DNA of 60,589 nucleotides, counting the filler. It is 9 parts of 9 records of this genome, joined end to end, with 100 filler letters (N's around TTAATTAATTAA, not from the genome) between each part and the next. Parts side by side here need not be neighbours in the genome. Positions count along the whole stretch, not along the records: positions 27,415 to 33,745 come from SRR31156797_110545; positions 33,846 to 40,558 come from SRR31156797_110916; 7 more parts are not named here. One strand, 5' to 3'. Of this stretch, positions 27,642 through 38,399 are shown piece by piece (the stretch's first letter is position 1; each line of letters opens with the position of its first letter). The notes under the pieces were generated by a model. It saw only the letters and a list, made by a program, of their open reading frames with translations, was not told the DNA's origin and searched no databases. Made by a program: the position numbers and the translations under genes.

Positions 27642-30600
27642 TCAGGCATCCGATTTTACTTTGTAGAAAATACAGTAAAACGCAGGCACCACGATCATGG
27701 TCAGCATGGTGCCGAATGTCAAACCGGCCATGATGGTGACGGCCATCCCCACCCAGAAAACATCCTGAAGCAGCGGAACTACCCCCAATACGGTTGTGGC
27801 TGCAGCCATAACAACCGGTCTCAGGCGGGACAGCGCAGACTCAACAACAGCGTCATAGGGGGATTTGCCGGCCTCAAGTTCAAGGTTGATCTGGTCCAGT
27901 AAAACAATGGCGTTTTTTATCATCATTCCGGATAGACTCATGGCGCCAAGGAGAGCCAGGAATCCAAATGGGGTGCCGGTGGGCAAAAGCCCTGCAACAA
28001 TACCGATCAAGGCAAAGGGGACTGTAAACAAAATGATCAACAATGGTCTGAACGCATTGAATAAGGCCACAATGATTAACAGGATAAGTCCCATGGCCGG
28101 CACAACCCCGGGGATCAATGACGCCTGGGCATTAAGCGTGTCCTCATATTCCCCTCCCCATTCCATGGTATACCCCGGCGGCAGTTCAACGGCATTAATC
28201 TTTTCAAGAACACTGGCTCTCAGTGCCGGAAGGGTCGCACCGAAAACAGGGTTTGCCTCTATGGTGATGGTCGGGCGCCGGTCACGTCTCCATATCATGG
28301 GATCTTCCCATTCCACTTTGATATTATCGGTTACCTGGGACAGGGGAAGGGTATAGTTCGTGCCACCGGGTTGAACCTGCAGAACATTCAGATTACTCAC
28401 TGACCTGCGTTCTTCTTCGCCGTGGCGCAGTACAATGGGGATGACGTCGTCCTTTTCCCTGTAGATACCGATGGGCAGCCCATCATATGCCCGTTTGGCG
28501 GCACGGGCGATGTCCTGGCGGGTGACGCCGGACCATCGGCCCCGTTCCTGGTTGTATTCAGGAATCACTTTCTGAACCTGCTGCCGCCAGTTGGTGCGGG
28601 CCAGTGCACAAAGCGGGTCCTGCTGGAGAATGGATACCACCTTATTACCAAGGGTTCGTAAGGTTTTGGGGTCTGCCGCAGACGGCCCGCTGATGCGAAG
28701 TTCAAATTTCCAGGTATTGCTGGGCCCGACCCCATAGGGGCGGATGGGTATCAGCGCCTGGGGATACTCCTGTTTGAACCAGTCATCCAGTTCCCTTAAA
28801 AAGTTGGGGATTTCTTTGAAATCCTTCACATTTACGATTATCTGGGCATAGGATGAATACGGTGATTCCGGATCAACCGGCAGGTAAAATCGTGGCGGGC
28901 CGGCACCGATAAATGAAGAAACCGACGTCACCCGGTCGTCATTCAATAGTTTTTGTTCCGCCTTTTTCAAATCTTTTGCAACGGTTTGAATTCGGGTGCC
29001 TTCAGGCGCCCAGTAATCAATCATGAATTTAGTCATTGAAGAATCCGGGAAAAACATCTGGTTCAGCCGGCCGAACCCGATAAGGGATATAAAAAGCAGC
29101 CCCACAAGGCCGGCTATTGTCAACACCCTGAATTTTAATGCCCTGGTCAGTATCCCTTTGAACGCTGAATATAACTTTCCCCCGGAAAGGTCCTTGTCCC
29201 TGGATTCCGGTTTCAGTTCAGGCAGCATGTCAATGCATTGGAGGGGGGTTATGGTCATTGAGATGAGCCAGCTGACCAGAAGAGAAATGCCAACCACTGT
29301 AAACAGGGTCCTGCAATATTCTCCTGCCCCTTCAGTGGAGGCGAAAATAGGGTAAAAGGCCATTACGGCAATGATGGTTGCGCCAAGAAGGGGCATGGCT
29401 GGCTGGGAAGCCGAGTCAATGGCCGCTTTTTTCCGATCCATGCCCGATTGTATGCGGGTTACAATTCCGTCCGCCACCACAATGGAGTTGTCCACCATCA
29501 TCCCGAGGGCAATGACCAGTGCCCCCAGGGACATCCGCTGGAGATCGATACCTAAAAGCGCCATCAGTACAAAACTGGCCAGAATGGTTAAAATAAGAGA
29601 AGAGCCGATAATGACCCCCATGCGCCATCCCATGGTCAGGGTCAGGACCACCAGAACAATGGCCACGGCTTCTCCGAAATTTATGAGAAACCCTTTAACC
29701 GCATCGTCCACAATATTTGACTGCCAGTGAATACGACACACCTCAATGCCAACCGGAAGCCTTGCAGTGATGCCGGCCAGTTTTCGGTCAATGGCCTGGC
29801 CGACCTTTACCACATTCACACCGGAAACATTGGTGATGGAAATGCCGATGGCAGGTCGGCCATTATAATGCATGATGGTGGAGGGGGGGGGTCTTATAGC
29901 CTTCGCTAATCGTTGCAATGTCCCTGATGCGGACCAGTTCGCCGTTTTGGGGGAAGCCTGTAATCTGGAGGTCGGCAATATCCTCGGATGATGAAAATTC
30001 ACCGCTGGGGGCAATGCGCAGCCTTTTTTGCTTCATATCCAGGCTGCCGGCATCCACCACCATATTCTGGATTTCAAGGGTTCTTCTGATACTCTCATCC
30101 GTGAGGCCCAATTCCGAAAGTTGTGCCTGGGAGGCCTCAATATAGATCACCCTTTCCTGAACCCCCCACAGGTCTACCCGAGCCACATTCTCCACCAGGC
30201 TCAGCTCTTTTTTGATTTCCTTGGCATAGGTTTCCATCTGGGCATGGGAAAAACCGTCCCCCACCAGGGCCAGCTGAAATCCGTAAACATCTCCGAAATC
30301 ATCGGCTACGTCAGGCCTCCCCGTCCCGGGGGGCAGGGTGTGTTCAATGTTTCTGATTTTTCTGCGCAGTTCATCCCATACCTGGGGCAGCTGATCAGAC
30401 CAGTACTGGGCCTTGATTTCCACGCGTACCTGTGACAGGCCCGCCTTGGAAGAGGATTCCACATAATCGATCTGGGGCATCTCCTGGATGGCCAGTTCAA
30501 TAGGGTCGGTCACTTCCTGTTCCACTTCTGCGGGACCGGCCCCGGGGTAAGGGGTGGTAATAACGGCTGTTTTAACGGTGAACTCGGGATCTTCGAGCTG

Positions 30601-30699
30601 GCCAAGGCTGAAAAAGGCGGCAACCCCGGCAATAACGATGAGAAGTACGATGAAATATGAGAGTTTGCGTTTTTCAATGGCAACCGCGGTCAGACTCAT
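27642..30699 (-). pseudogene. RND efflux permease (AcrB/AcrD/AcrF family), frameshifted at a C9 run
   Basis: ORF 30699-29863 (LEDPEFTVKTA..) and ORF 30014-27642 (ALGMMVDNSIVV, RLRPVVM) join if one C is removed from the run at 29883-29891. Confidence 0.85.
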
Positions 30700-31685
30700 T
30701 GGGCCACCTCCTGGTTCAATGCCCCCAATATCCTGATATCCTGATTTTCCTTAAGATAATGTACGCCTGCCGTGGCAATGATCTCACCCGGAACAATTAC
30801 AGGTTTTTTTTCATTTTCTTTTCCCGGATCAGCGGTGGTTGCCGCCTTGCCAGCCATTCCGGGCAGAATGGTAATATCCTCGGGCTGATTCATGATAAGG
30901 GTCACAGGATAGGTCCGTGTGGTTTTCGAGGCCTCTTTTCCGATCTCCTTTATCCTGGCCTTGATGTCCCGGCCTGGAAAAGGATCAAACCGTACAATCA
31001 GGACTTCGCCCATTTTTTGAAGCGTATCAGCCTGGGAAATCAAATTCTCAGGGATCTGCATAACCATTTCTATTTTTGAATGATTGATAAGTCGCAAGAT
31101 GGGTTGTTTCGCCTGAACATCTTCAAAATTTTCAACATATTTAGCTGTTACGATACCATCAAAGGGTGCATGTAAAGTCGTATACCGCAATCGGTCCCGG
31201 GCGGCGTCCACATCTGCTCTCAGGCGTTTGATATCCGCAAGGCTGCTGTCCATGACCTGCTTGTTTCGGTCAATCATGGCCTGGCTGATCGCACCCGAGT
31301 CCTTTTGTCTTATTTTTGCCACCCGGCTGTAATCGGATTCCGCCCTGGAATAAACGGCGTTTGCGTTTTCCAGTTTTGCCTTTGCATTGCGAAGGCGGAC
31401 ATTAAAATCCTTGGGATCAATCTGAGCGATTTTATCCTTTTCTGAAATCCGGTCCCCGACATTGACCGGGAATTCAACCAGGGGGCCCGGCACCCGAAAG
31501 GAGAGCTCAACTTCCCTGGTGGCTTTGGCCTGGCCCGGAAACCACCGTTGGTAAAATTCATCCGGATCGGCAATCGTAAATGCTCTGATGGGTCGTATGA
31601 TCTCTTGTTCAGGAGGGGCTTCTTTGCACCCCACTAAAGCAAGGACGACCAGTAACGATGGAAACACGCGTAGAAAAAATTTCAT
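30696..31685 (-). CDS. RND periplasmic adaptor (MFP) lipoprotein, apparently with a C-terminal internal deletion
   Basis: Lipobox LVGC; LSFRVPG, LHAPFDG, TRTYPV, ILPGM; VIVP is followed directly by GEIIATAG. Confidence 0.85.
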   Translation of the reverse strand: MKFFLRVFPSLLVVLALVGCKEAPPEQEIIRPIRAFTIADPDEFYQRWFPGQAKATREVELSFRVPGPLVEFPVNVGDRISEKDKIAQIDPKDFNVRLRNAKAKLENANAVYSRAESDYSRVAKIRQKDSGAISQAMIDRNKQVMDSSLADIKRLRADVDAARDRLRYTTLHAPFDGIVTAKYVENFEDVQAKQPILRLINHSKIEMVMQIPENLISQADTLQKMGEVLIVRFDPFPGRDIKARIKEIGKEASKTTRTYPVTLIMNQPEDITILPGMAGKAATTADPGKENEKKPVIVPGEIIATAGVHYLKENQDIRILGALNQEVAQ

Positions 31686-31826
31686 ATTAACGCCTCATGG
31701 AATCTATATGGTTTAATTTGTTAAGCCGGCAACAGATTGGATGGGGGATGGTTTTTCAAACCCATATCACCGGCCTTGTTTAGGAGTAAGGTTTACCGCA
31801 TTACCGGGTTTAATCGGCAGGGGCTT

Positions 31827-33395
31827 TTATGGATGGGAAACGGACTCCAGCAGGTCTCCCCAGTCCGTCCGGCCCTTCATGGTTTTCACCATCTCTTCCG
31901 GAATAAGGTTTTTACCGGCTTGTATCTGCCAGCCGCCGCCCAGAGCCTTATAGGTGGCAATCAGGTAATTAATGACATCGCCCTTTGCCTTCACAAAGCT
32001 GTCCTGCTGCGCCACAAGAACCTGCTGGCTGTTGAGAACCCGGGTATAATCAGCCAGCCCGTCCCTGTAATGAAGCAAAGACAGTTCGGTCGCCCTTAGG
32101 GATGCTTGCTGGGCATCTTCCAGCAGTTTTTCCCTGTTCTGGGATTTCAGGAACCCGATAAGGCCGTCCTCAACCTCTTTTACCGCCTCAAGCACCTTGT
32201 TTTGGTAATTGATCACAGCCTGCTGGAACCGCGCATCCTGGGCCCGTATGTTGTTTTTTATTCGGCCATAGTTGAAAATATCCCATTTAAAGGTAAAAGG
32301 TGTAAAAAAGCCGGTAAGACTGTCGGAATCAATAAGTGTTTTATCGTCGGCAGCAAACCCGATGGATCCGGCCAAAGCAAATTGCGGGTAAAGGTCTGCC
32401 TGGGCGACGCCTATCATTGCCCCCTGGGCGGCGACTTGAAATTCCGCATACCTGATATCAGGCCGCCTCCGGAGTAAATTTGCCGGAATTCCAACCGCAA
32501 CCGTGGCGGGCACATGGGGCAGGGTTGACCCATCATCCAGGAATTGGGCCAGATCCTCTGCCGGTAATCCCAAAAGGATACTGAGGCTGTTTTCAGCCTG
32601 GCGTAAATTGATTTCCAGTTCCGGTATCAAGGCCTTTGTGTTCAACAGCAGCGACCTGGCCTGCTGAACGTCAAGATCGGTAACGGCCCCTCCTTCAAAC
32701 TGGGCCTGGCTAATCTCAAGGGCCCTTTCCTGTATGCTCACGTTTGAATTTGCAAAATCAATTCGCTGTTTAATGGTCTGCATGGCCATGTATGTGCTTG
32801 CCACTTCAGCGGTTACCATGACAAGAATATCGTCGTAGCCGGCCAGACTGGCAGCAAGCTGGGCATCGGCAACTTCAATGCTTCGCCTGAATTTTCCCCA
32901 GAAATCCAACTCCCATGCAGCACTGAACCCGATATCCGTGATGCTGGTATTCCTGTCAAGCCCTGAAAAACCGGAATGGGGCGGAGTGTTTTTACTGGAT
33001 CTTGAAAAATTAGACCCTCCTGATAACTGCTGGGATTGAGGATATTGCCGGCCAACGGCAATACCGAGCACAGCCCGTGCCTCAAGGATTTTTAAGCCTG
33101 CGGTCTGCAGGGTCAGATTCTGTTGGGTTGCAAGATCAATCAAGCGGTTCAATACCGGGTCGTCAAACACATGCCACCATTGACTTGACCCATCGGATCC
33201 TCCGGTTAATACCTGATTGTCAGATTCAGACCACTCAGGTGAAATCCGGGCATCCGGTCGTTTGAATTCCGGGCCCAATGTCGTACAAGAGCTGAGAAGC
33301 CATAGGCATAGAAGTGTTAATCCCACCCCCGATGCCCTGCGAACCTCAACCCAAGACCTTGATGAAGAGACAGAATTGGAATTGCATTTTTTCAT
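31827..33395 (-). CDS. RND outer-membrane factor lipoprotein (NodT/OprM family)
   Basis: Lipobox LSSC, WWHVFDDPVL, WELDFWGK, LLRRRPDIR, YKALGGGW; GGAG RBS before ATG 33395. Confidence 0.92.
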   Translation of the reverse strand: MKKCNSNSVSSSRSWVEVRRASGVGLTLLCLWLLSSCTTLGPEFKRPDARISPEWSESDNQVLTGGSDGSSQWWHVFDDPVLNRLIDLATQQNLTLQTAGLKILEARAVLGIAVGRQYPQSQQLSGGSNFSRSSKNTPPHSGFSGLDRNTSITDIGFSAAWELDFWGKFRRSIEVADAQLAASLAGYDDILVMVTAEVASTYMAMQTIKQRIDFANSNVSIQERALEISQAQFEGGAVTDLDVQQARSLLLNTKALIPELEINLRQAENSLSILLGLPAEDLAQFLDDGSTLPHVPATVAVGIPANLLRRRPDIRYAEFQVAAQGAMIGVAQADLYPQFALAGSIGFAADDKTLIDSDSLTGFFTPFTFKWDIFNYGRIKNNIRAQDARFQQAVINYQNKVLEAVKEVEDGLIGFLKSQNREKLLEDAQQASLRATELSLLHYRDGLADYTRVLNSQQVLVAQQDSFVKAKGDVINYLIATYKALGGGWQIQAGKNLIPEEMVKTMKGRTDWGDLLESVSHP

Positions 33396-33573
33396 TTTTG
33401 ACTCCAATGTTTTCGTTTGTGATATTTTTTAAAATCGGCTCTTGGTTACTCATCGATCTTCAGTTATGGGGACAATTATATTTCTGAGTCATATAGAGCC
33501 GTACAGATGATAGAGCCTCTGCACTCATTTTTAATTATCAAATCAAAAAAAATCATAATGATTCGGCCGCGAA

Positions 33574-33744
33574 TCAGTCCGCAGGCTTGATTCCATGGCA
33601 GCTTCGGCAGGCTTCCGGGGCGGACAGGGTATGGGTCTTGTTGTTCATTCCCTTGTGGCAGCTGATGCAGAGCTCGTGCATGGCGTTGGGGTAATGCTCA
33701 AGTACTTCCTCCCGCGATTTTCCTTCCAGGGCTTTGCCCCGGAG
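33574..33744 (-). CDS. Class III cytochrome c (c3-like), C-terminal fragment
   Basis: Manual translation LRGKALEGKSREEVLEHYPNAMHELCISCHKGMNNKTHTLSAPEACRSCHGIKPAD*: two CxxCH motifs and the AxHxxCxxCH pattern of c3; absent from the ORF track. Confidence 0.82.
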   Translation of the reverse strand, partial: LRGKALEGKSREEVLEHYPNAMHELCISCHKGMNNKTHTLSAPEACRSCHGIKPAD

Positions 33745-33745
33745 C

Positions 33746-33845
33746 NNNNNNNNNNNNNNNNNNNNNNNNNNNNNNNNNNNNNNNNNNNNTTAATTAATTA
33801 ANNNNNNNNNNNNNNNNNNNNNNNNNNNNNNNNNNNNNNNNNNNN
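33746..33845. other. Artificial contig spacer
   Basis: N44-TTAATTAATTAA-N44. Confidence 0.98.
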
Positions 33846-34870
33846 GCCAGGGCCGGAAATTCGGGCAGGAGATAGTGCGGCTGTTTGCCGCTGATTGCCG
33901 AGAACACGAGCAAAGCCGGTAAAGTCCAGGCGGCGAGCAGGACCCCGGATCCCGTTCCGACCAGTTTCCTGATGCCGCGGATCGAAAGCCAAAGCCGGGG
34001 CCAGAGAAACCAGGGTAATGCCATGATCGGAAGGGCCGCCAGGTACCACCACCAGGGACGGCCATGTGCAAACGAATCGACAACGCGTCCGGCCGACTGA
34101 CCCCAGAAAATGGCATCCGCATAGGCCGGTCCTCCGGCTTTGGCCGCCGGCAGCGCCCAGGCGAGCCCAATCGCTGTGCCCAGAAGCAGGGATGCGAAAA
34201 TGCCTGCATACCAACGCAACCAGGATACGGCCGGTTTATTCCCGTTCGACTCGTTTTCGGTGAGGCCCGGTCCCCATAGGGGAGCCAAAAGGACGATCGG
34301 AAGCGTATGCAGCAATATGGCCGGGCCTTTCGTCAAAATGCCCAGGCCGATCGCGACGCCAAGAATGCCGAACCCGGCCAGAGTGCGGCCCCGCCAGGCC
34401 TCGATCACACCGACGATGCCGACCAATGCGAAAAAGGCGAGGATAAGGTCGAACATGGTCAGGGTCGTGAAGGGGGCCCAAAGCATTCCGCCTAACAGCA
34501 ATAGAGGGGCCAGTTCCTCGACTTTTTTCCGTTCGGGCCAGATGTGGCGGGCGAGGCACCGTGTAACGAACAGGCAGGCCAGACCGAACAGCGGAGCAAC
34601 CAATCGAGGCCAGACCTCATTGACGCCGAAGACCGCCCAGCCGGCATTGATCAACCAGAACAGGAGGGGCGGTTTATGGCTGTAGGCTTCACCGTTCAGG
34701 TGGGGAACAAGGAAATCGCCCCGGTTCCACATCTCCCAGGCAACCGCCAAATACCGGGTTTCGTCGATCGGCATGATCGGCCTGGAGAACAGGGCGGTAC
34801 CGACCAGTACCAGCCACAGACCGCACCAGATCAAGGGCGCGGGAATATGACGTGCGGCGTTATCGGTCAT
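33846..34870 (-). CDS. ArnT-like GT-C glycosyltransferase (3' truncated)
   Basis: PIDETRY..WEM..VPHLNGEAYSHKPPLLFW, LTKGP, HGRPWWWY, SGKQPHYLLP. Confidence 0.88.
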
Positions 34871-35628
34871 ACCGCGGTATCCGGATCGCCGGCTTCATCG
34901 TTGACTCCGCGTTCTTCGGAATTGCCGTTGCCGACAACGGCTTCGATAGCGGCTCCGATGGCGCCGTTTTCGCGGAACCGCTGATACAGTTTGAAGCCGA
35001 GCGTCATCGACAGCGCGAAAAGAAGGACTCCGAGGCCGATGCGAGCCTCGGGATCAACATTGATGCCGCTGCCGATCAACGAAAAGACGACGGTCTGCGG
35101 CAAGTGGCCGAGTGCCGACGCGGCAAGAAACGGCAACAGGGTGGCGCTGGAAAGCCCGGCGACGAGATTGGTTGCCAGGTTGCTGCCGAGTGGCAGCAGC
35201 CGGATCAGCAAGGTCAGCGAAAACGGGTGGTCACCGAAAAACCTGTCGGCTTTCAGGAATTTCGGCGGCAGCCGCGGGGCGATCAGGTCGCGTCCCATCA
35301 ATTGCGCGAAAAGAAAGGCGACGCCGCAACCCGAAACCGTTGCGGCCAAAGCCAGGCCGGTGCCGACCAGAAAACCGAATGCATAGCCGCCGAGGAAACA
35401 GACGACCTGCCGGGGAAAACCGAATGCGGTAAAAACGGTGCCGGCAACGATGAACAAAAGCCAGCCGGACGTTCCCCGGTCCCGGATCTGGACATCGATC
35501 CACCCCGAATTGAACAACCGCCCGGCGTCGATTTCCCGCAACAGAAATCCGGCGGCGACCAGAACGGCGATCAGCAGCAAACCCCTGACAAAAAGCTTCG
35601 CTCTTATTGGACGACGGGCAGGGGTCAA
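34867..35628 (-). CDS. DedA/VTT (TVP38/TMEM64) family membrane protein
   Basis: FPRQVVCFLGGYAFG, LLIRLLPLGSN, LGHLPQT; TTG start overlaps the GT2 stop (TTGA) and its stop overlaps the ArnT ATG. Confidence 0.82.
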   Translation of the reverse strand: MTPARRPIRAKLFVRGLLLIAVLVAAGFLLREIDAGRLFNSGWIDVQIRDRGTSGWLLFIVAGTVFTAFGFPRQVVCFLGGYAFGFLVGTGLALAATVSGCGVAFLFAQLMGRDLIAPRLPPKFLKADRFFGDHPFSLTLLIRLLPLGSNLATNLVAGLSSATLLPFLAASALGHLPQTVVFSLIGSGINVDPEARIGLGVLLFALSMTLGFKLYQRFRENGAIGAAIEAVVGNGNSEERGVNDEAGDPDTAV

Positions 35629-36431
35629 GTCGCGCCCCCGTCGTTCCTCGGGATTTCGATTTCGTCGGCAACGGGAGCGATGGCGCGGCGCTTCAGCCAC
35701 AGGACGCCCATAAGATCGACGATACCCACCCACAGGCGATCGAATAAACCGTATTTGGTGGCGCCGCCGGCACGGTGCCTGTGATCGACCGGAACCGAAA
35801 TGACTTTGCCGCCAAGCCGCAGCATCAGGGCCGGCAGGAAGCGATGCATGTGGTCGAAACGCGGCATTGCCAAAAAAGCGGCCCGCGTGAACAGCTTCAG
35901 CCCGCACCCGGTATCGGGTGTGCCGTCGCCCAACAGGATTCTGCGCACCGCATTGGCGATCTTGGATGAGGCCCTTTTAACCGCGGAATCCCGTCGCTTG
36001 GTCCTTTGTCCGGCAACCAGCAGCCGGTCCGGGTTTTCTGCAAGGCTGAGTTTTTCGAACAGTGCCGGAATATTGGCCGGGTCGTTCTGGCCGTCGCCGT
36101 CGAGGGTGGCGATGGCGGGCGCACGGGCGGCTTCGATTCCGGTCGCGATGGCCGCGCTTTGGCCGGCGCGTTCGCGATGGCGGACGATCCGCAACCGGCC
36201 GCAATCGCGCGCCGCGGCTTTCAAGCGGTCGGGCGTTCCATCGGCGCTGGCGTCGTCGACAAAGATGATTTCGTAATTCAAGCGGCCGTCAAGGGCTTCG
36301 CGGATTTCCGAAACCAGCGGAGCCACATTGTCCGCTTCATTATGAACCGGCACGACGACGGCAAGGTCGCAGCCGGGTTTTTTGGAACCCGATTTACGCC
36401 CGGCGGGCTGGCTCTGTTTCGATGACGACAT
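35625..36431 (-). CDS. GT2 polyprenyl-phosphate glycosyltransferase (DPM1/ArnC-like)
   Basis: VVVPVHNE, VDDASADGT, GQSAA, LDGDGQNDP, DTGCGLK, HMHRFLP. Confidence 0.9.
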   Translation of the reverse strand: MSSSKQSQPAGRKSGSKKPGCDLAVVVPVHNEADNVAPLVSEIREALDGRLNYEIIFVDDASADGTPDRLKAAARDCGRLRIVRHRERAGQSAAIATGIEAARAPAIATLDGDGQNDPANIPALFEKLSLAENPDRLLVAGQRTKRRDSAVKRASSKIANAVRRILLGDGTPDTGCGLKLFTRAAFLAMPRFDHMHRFLPALMLRLGGKVISVPVDHRHRAGGATKYGLFDRLWVGIVDLMGVLWLKRRAIAPVADEIEIPRNDGGAT

Positions 36432-36613
36432 CGTCCACACGGTTTTATTTCGGGGCGGCCTCCGGTCGTCGGGAACCGCGCGTCCCGCTTATGACATAGG
36501 TGTCGAAACGCAGCAATCTTCTTTGTTGCCGGGCACAAACGGCCCAATCCTTTGACGCAAGGGGGGCAAAACCCGTATTCACAACAGCGTAGACCGGTTT
36601 CTGTGGGGACAAA

Positions 36614-38383
36614 ATGGCAGACAGGAATATTGCCATCCGGCGGTTGATTTTGCGGATGCGCGGGATCGTGCGCAACGATCAACTCCTGCTCGCCGTTTTG
36701 GCGGTAATCGTCGGAGCCATTTCGGGTGGCGCGATTATTCTGTTCCGCGAAGGAATCGGGCTCATCCAGTCCGTATTGTATGGATCCGATACCGAGCACC
36801 TGTCGCAACATATCCAAAACCTTCCCTGGTGGTGGATTTTGGCGGCGCCTTGCGCCGGCGGCGTTGTCGTCGGCCTTCTGTTCCAGTTCTTCGTGAAGCG
36901 CGATCAGGCGTCAACGGTTGCCGACGTCATCGCGGTAACTGCCCTTCGGGGTGGGAGCATGTCGATACGCCGCGGCCTGAAGACGGCCGTCGTCGATTGC
37001 GTTTCCATCGGTGTCGGCGCTTCCGTCGGCCGCGAAGGTCCTGCCGTTCATCTGGGGGCGTCATTGGGCGGGTTCCTGGCCAAATGGCTGCATTTGACCC
37101 GGTCCCTGTCGCGTACCCTGCTGGGGTGCGGCGTCGCCGCCGCCGTTGCCGCGTCATTCAACGCGCCGATCGCCGGCGCCCTTTTCGCCAACGAGGTGAT
37201 CCTCGGCCATTATGCGTTAAGCGCTTTTGCCCCTGTCGTCATCGCCAGTGTCGTCGGGACAATGACGACACACGCCTATTTCGGCGATTTCCCGGCATTC
37301 GAAATCGTGGCCCATTCGACCGCAAGGCTCATCGAAATACCGGCCTTCGCCGGTTTGGGCGTTCTTGCCGCTCTTGCCGCCGTCGCCCTCATGCACGGCA
37401 CCGAATGGGCCAGCCATGCGGCGGAAAAAGTTCCGGGGCCACCCTGGGTGCGACCGGGCCTGGCCGGCTTGCTGGTCGGGGCGATTGCCCTTTTCATCCC
37501 GCAGGTGATCGGCCTGGGCTACGGTGCGACGGTGGATGCGTTGGCCGGTTCACTCACCTTGACCGTCCTTATTGCCGCCTGTATCGGCAAACTGGTGGCG
37601 ACATCGATTTGCCTGGGCGGCGGATTCGGCGGCGGCGTGTTCAGTCCGTCATTGGTCATCGGCGCCATGTTGGGCGGCGCTTACGGCATCGCGATTTCAC
37701 AAATCATCCCGGGATTTTCCGAGGTCGATGCCTATACCATTGTCGGCATGGGCGCGGTCGCCGCCGCCGTCTTGGGGGCGCCGATCTCCACCACACTAAT
37801 TATCTTCGAAATGACCGGCGACTATTCATTGACCATGGCCGTCATGGTGGCGGTTGTCATTTCCTCGGTCGTCGCCAAGCAAATAACCGGGCATTCATTT
37901 TTCACTTTTCGCCTGGCAAAAAGGGGATTTGATCTCAGTCGCGGGTTCGAATCGGCGATGCTGCGCGGGGTTCGCATCGGCGATCTCATGGTATCGGATT
38001 GCGCGGCACTCAACGCCGATGTTCATTTGCCGGAAATCCGCCGACGGCTTCAGTCATCGGACGACGGCGAGATTTTCGTAACCGGGATCGACGGCGAACT
38101 GGTCGGCACCATCACATTGGCCGATCTCAGCGAGGTCGCCTTCGACAATTCGGTGGACGACCTCATTTGCGCCAGCGACGTCGCCCGACGGCATCCCCCG
38201 GTTCTACTTGTCAGCGACGACCTGGAACGCGCCCTGGAGGTGTTCCGCAGTTTCGGCGAACAGCACATCGCCGTCGTCGAAACCGCCGAATCATCGCGCT
38301 TCGTCGGTTGCGTGCACGAACGCGATGTGATGGCGGCCTATAATCGCGCATTGTTGGAAACCCACCGCGAGGAGCGGGAATAG
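36614..38383 (+). CDS. CLC chloride channel/transporter with CBS domains
   Basis: GREGP, FNAPIAG, GGVFSP, IFEMTGDY; C-terminal CBS pair. Confidence 0.92.
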   Translation: MADRNIAIRRLILRMRGIVRNDQLLLAVLAVIVGAISGGAIILFREGIGLIQSVLYGSDTEHLSQHIQNLPWWWILAAPCAGGVVVGLLFQFFVKRDQASTVADVIAVTALRGGSMSIRRGLKTAVVDCVSIGVGASVGREGPAVHLGASLGGFLAKWLHLTRSLSRTLLGCGVAAAVAASFNAPIAGALFANEVILGHYALSAFAPVVIASVVGTMTTHAYFGDFPAFEIVAHSTARLIEIPAFAGLGVLAALAAVALMHGTEWASHAAEKVPGPPWVRPGLAGLLVGAIALFIPQVIGLGYGATVDALAGSLTLTVLIAACIGKLVATSICLGGGFGGGVFSPSLVIGAMLGGAYGIAISQIIPGFSEVDAYTIVGMGAVAAAVLGAPISTTLIIFEMTGDYSLTMAVMVAVVISSVVAKQITGHSFFTFRLAKRGFDLSRGFESAMLRGVRIGDLMVSDCAALNADVHLPEIRRRLQSSDDGEIFVTGIDGELVGTITLADLSEVAFDNSVDDLICASDVARRHPPVLLVSDDLERALEVFRSFGEQHIAVVETAESSRFVGCVHERDVMAAYNRALLETHREERE

Positions 38384-38399
38384 CAGGTGGACGGATGAA

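Noticed and set aside
33595-33801. Plus-strand 68-aa ORF
   Set aside because: Shadow of the minus-strand cytochrome c3 fragment, and it runs into the spacer.
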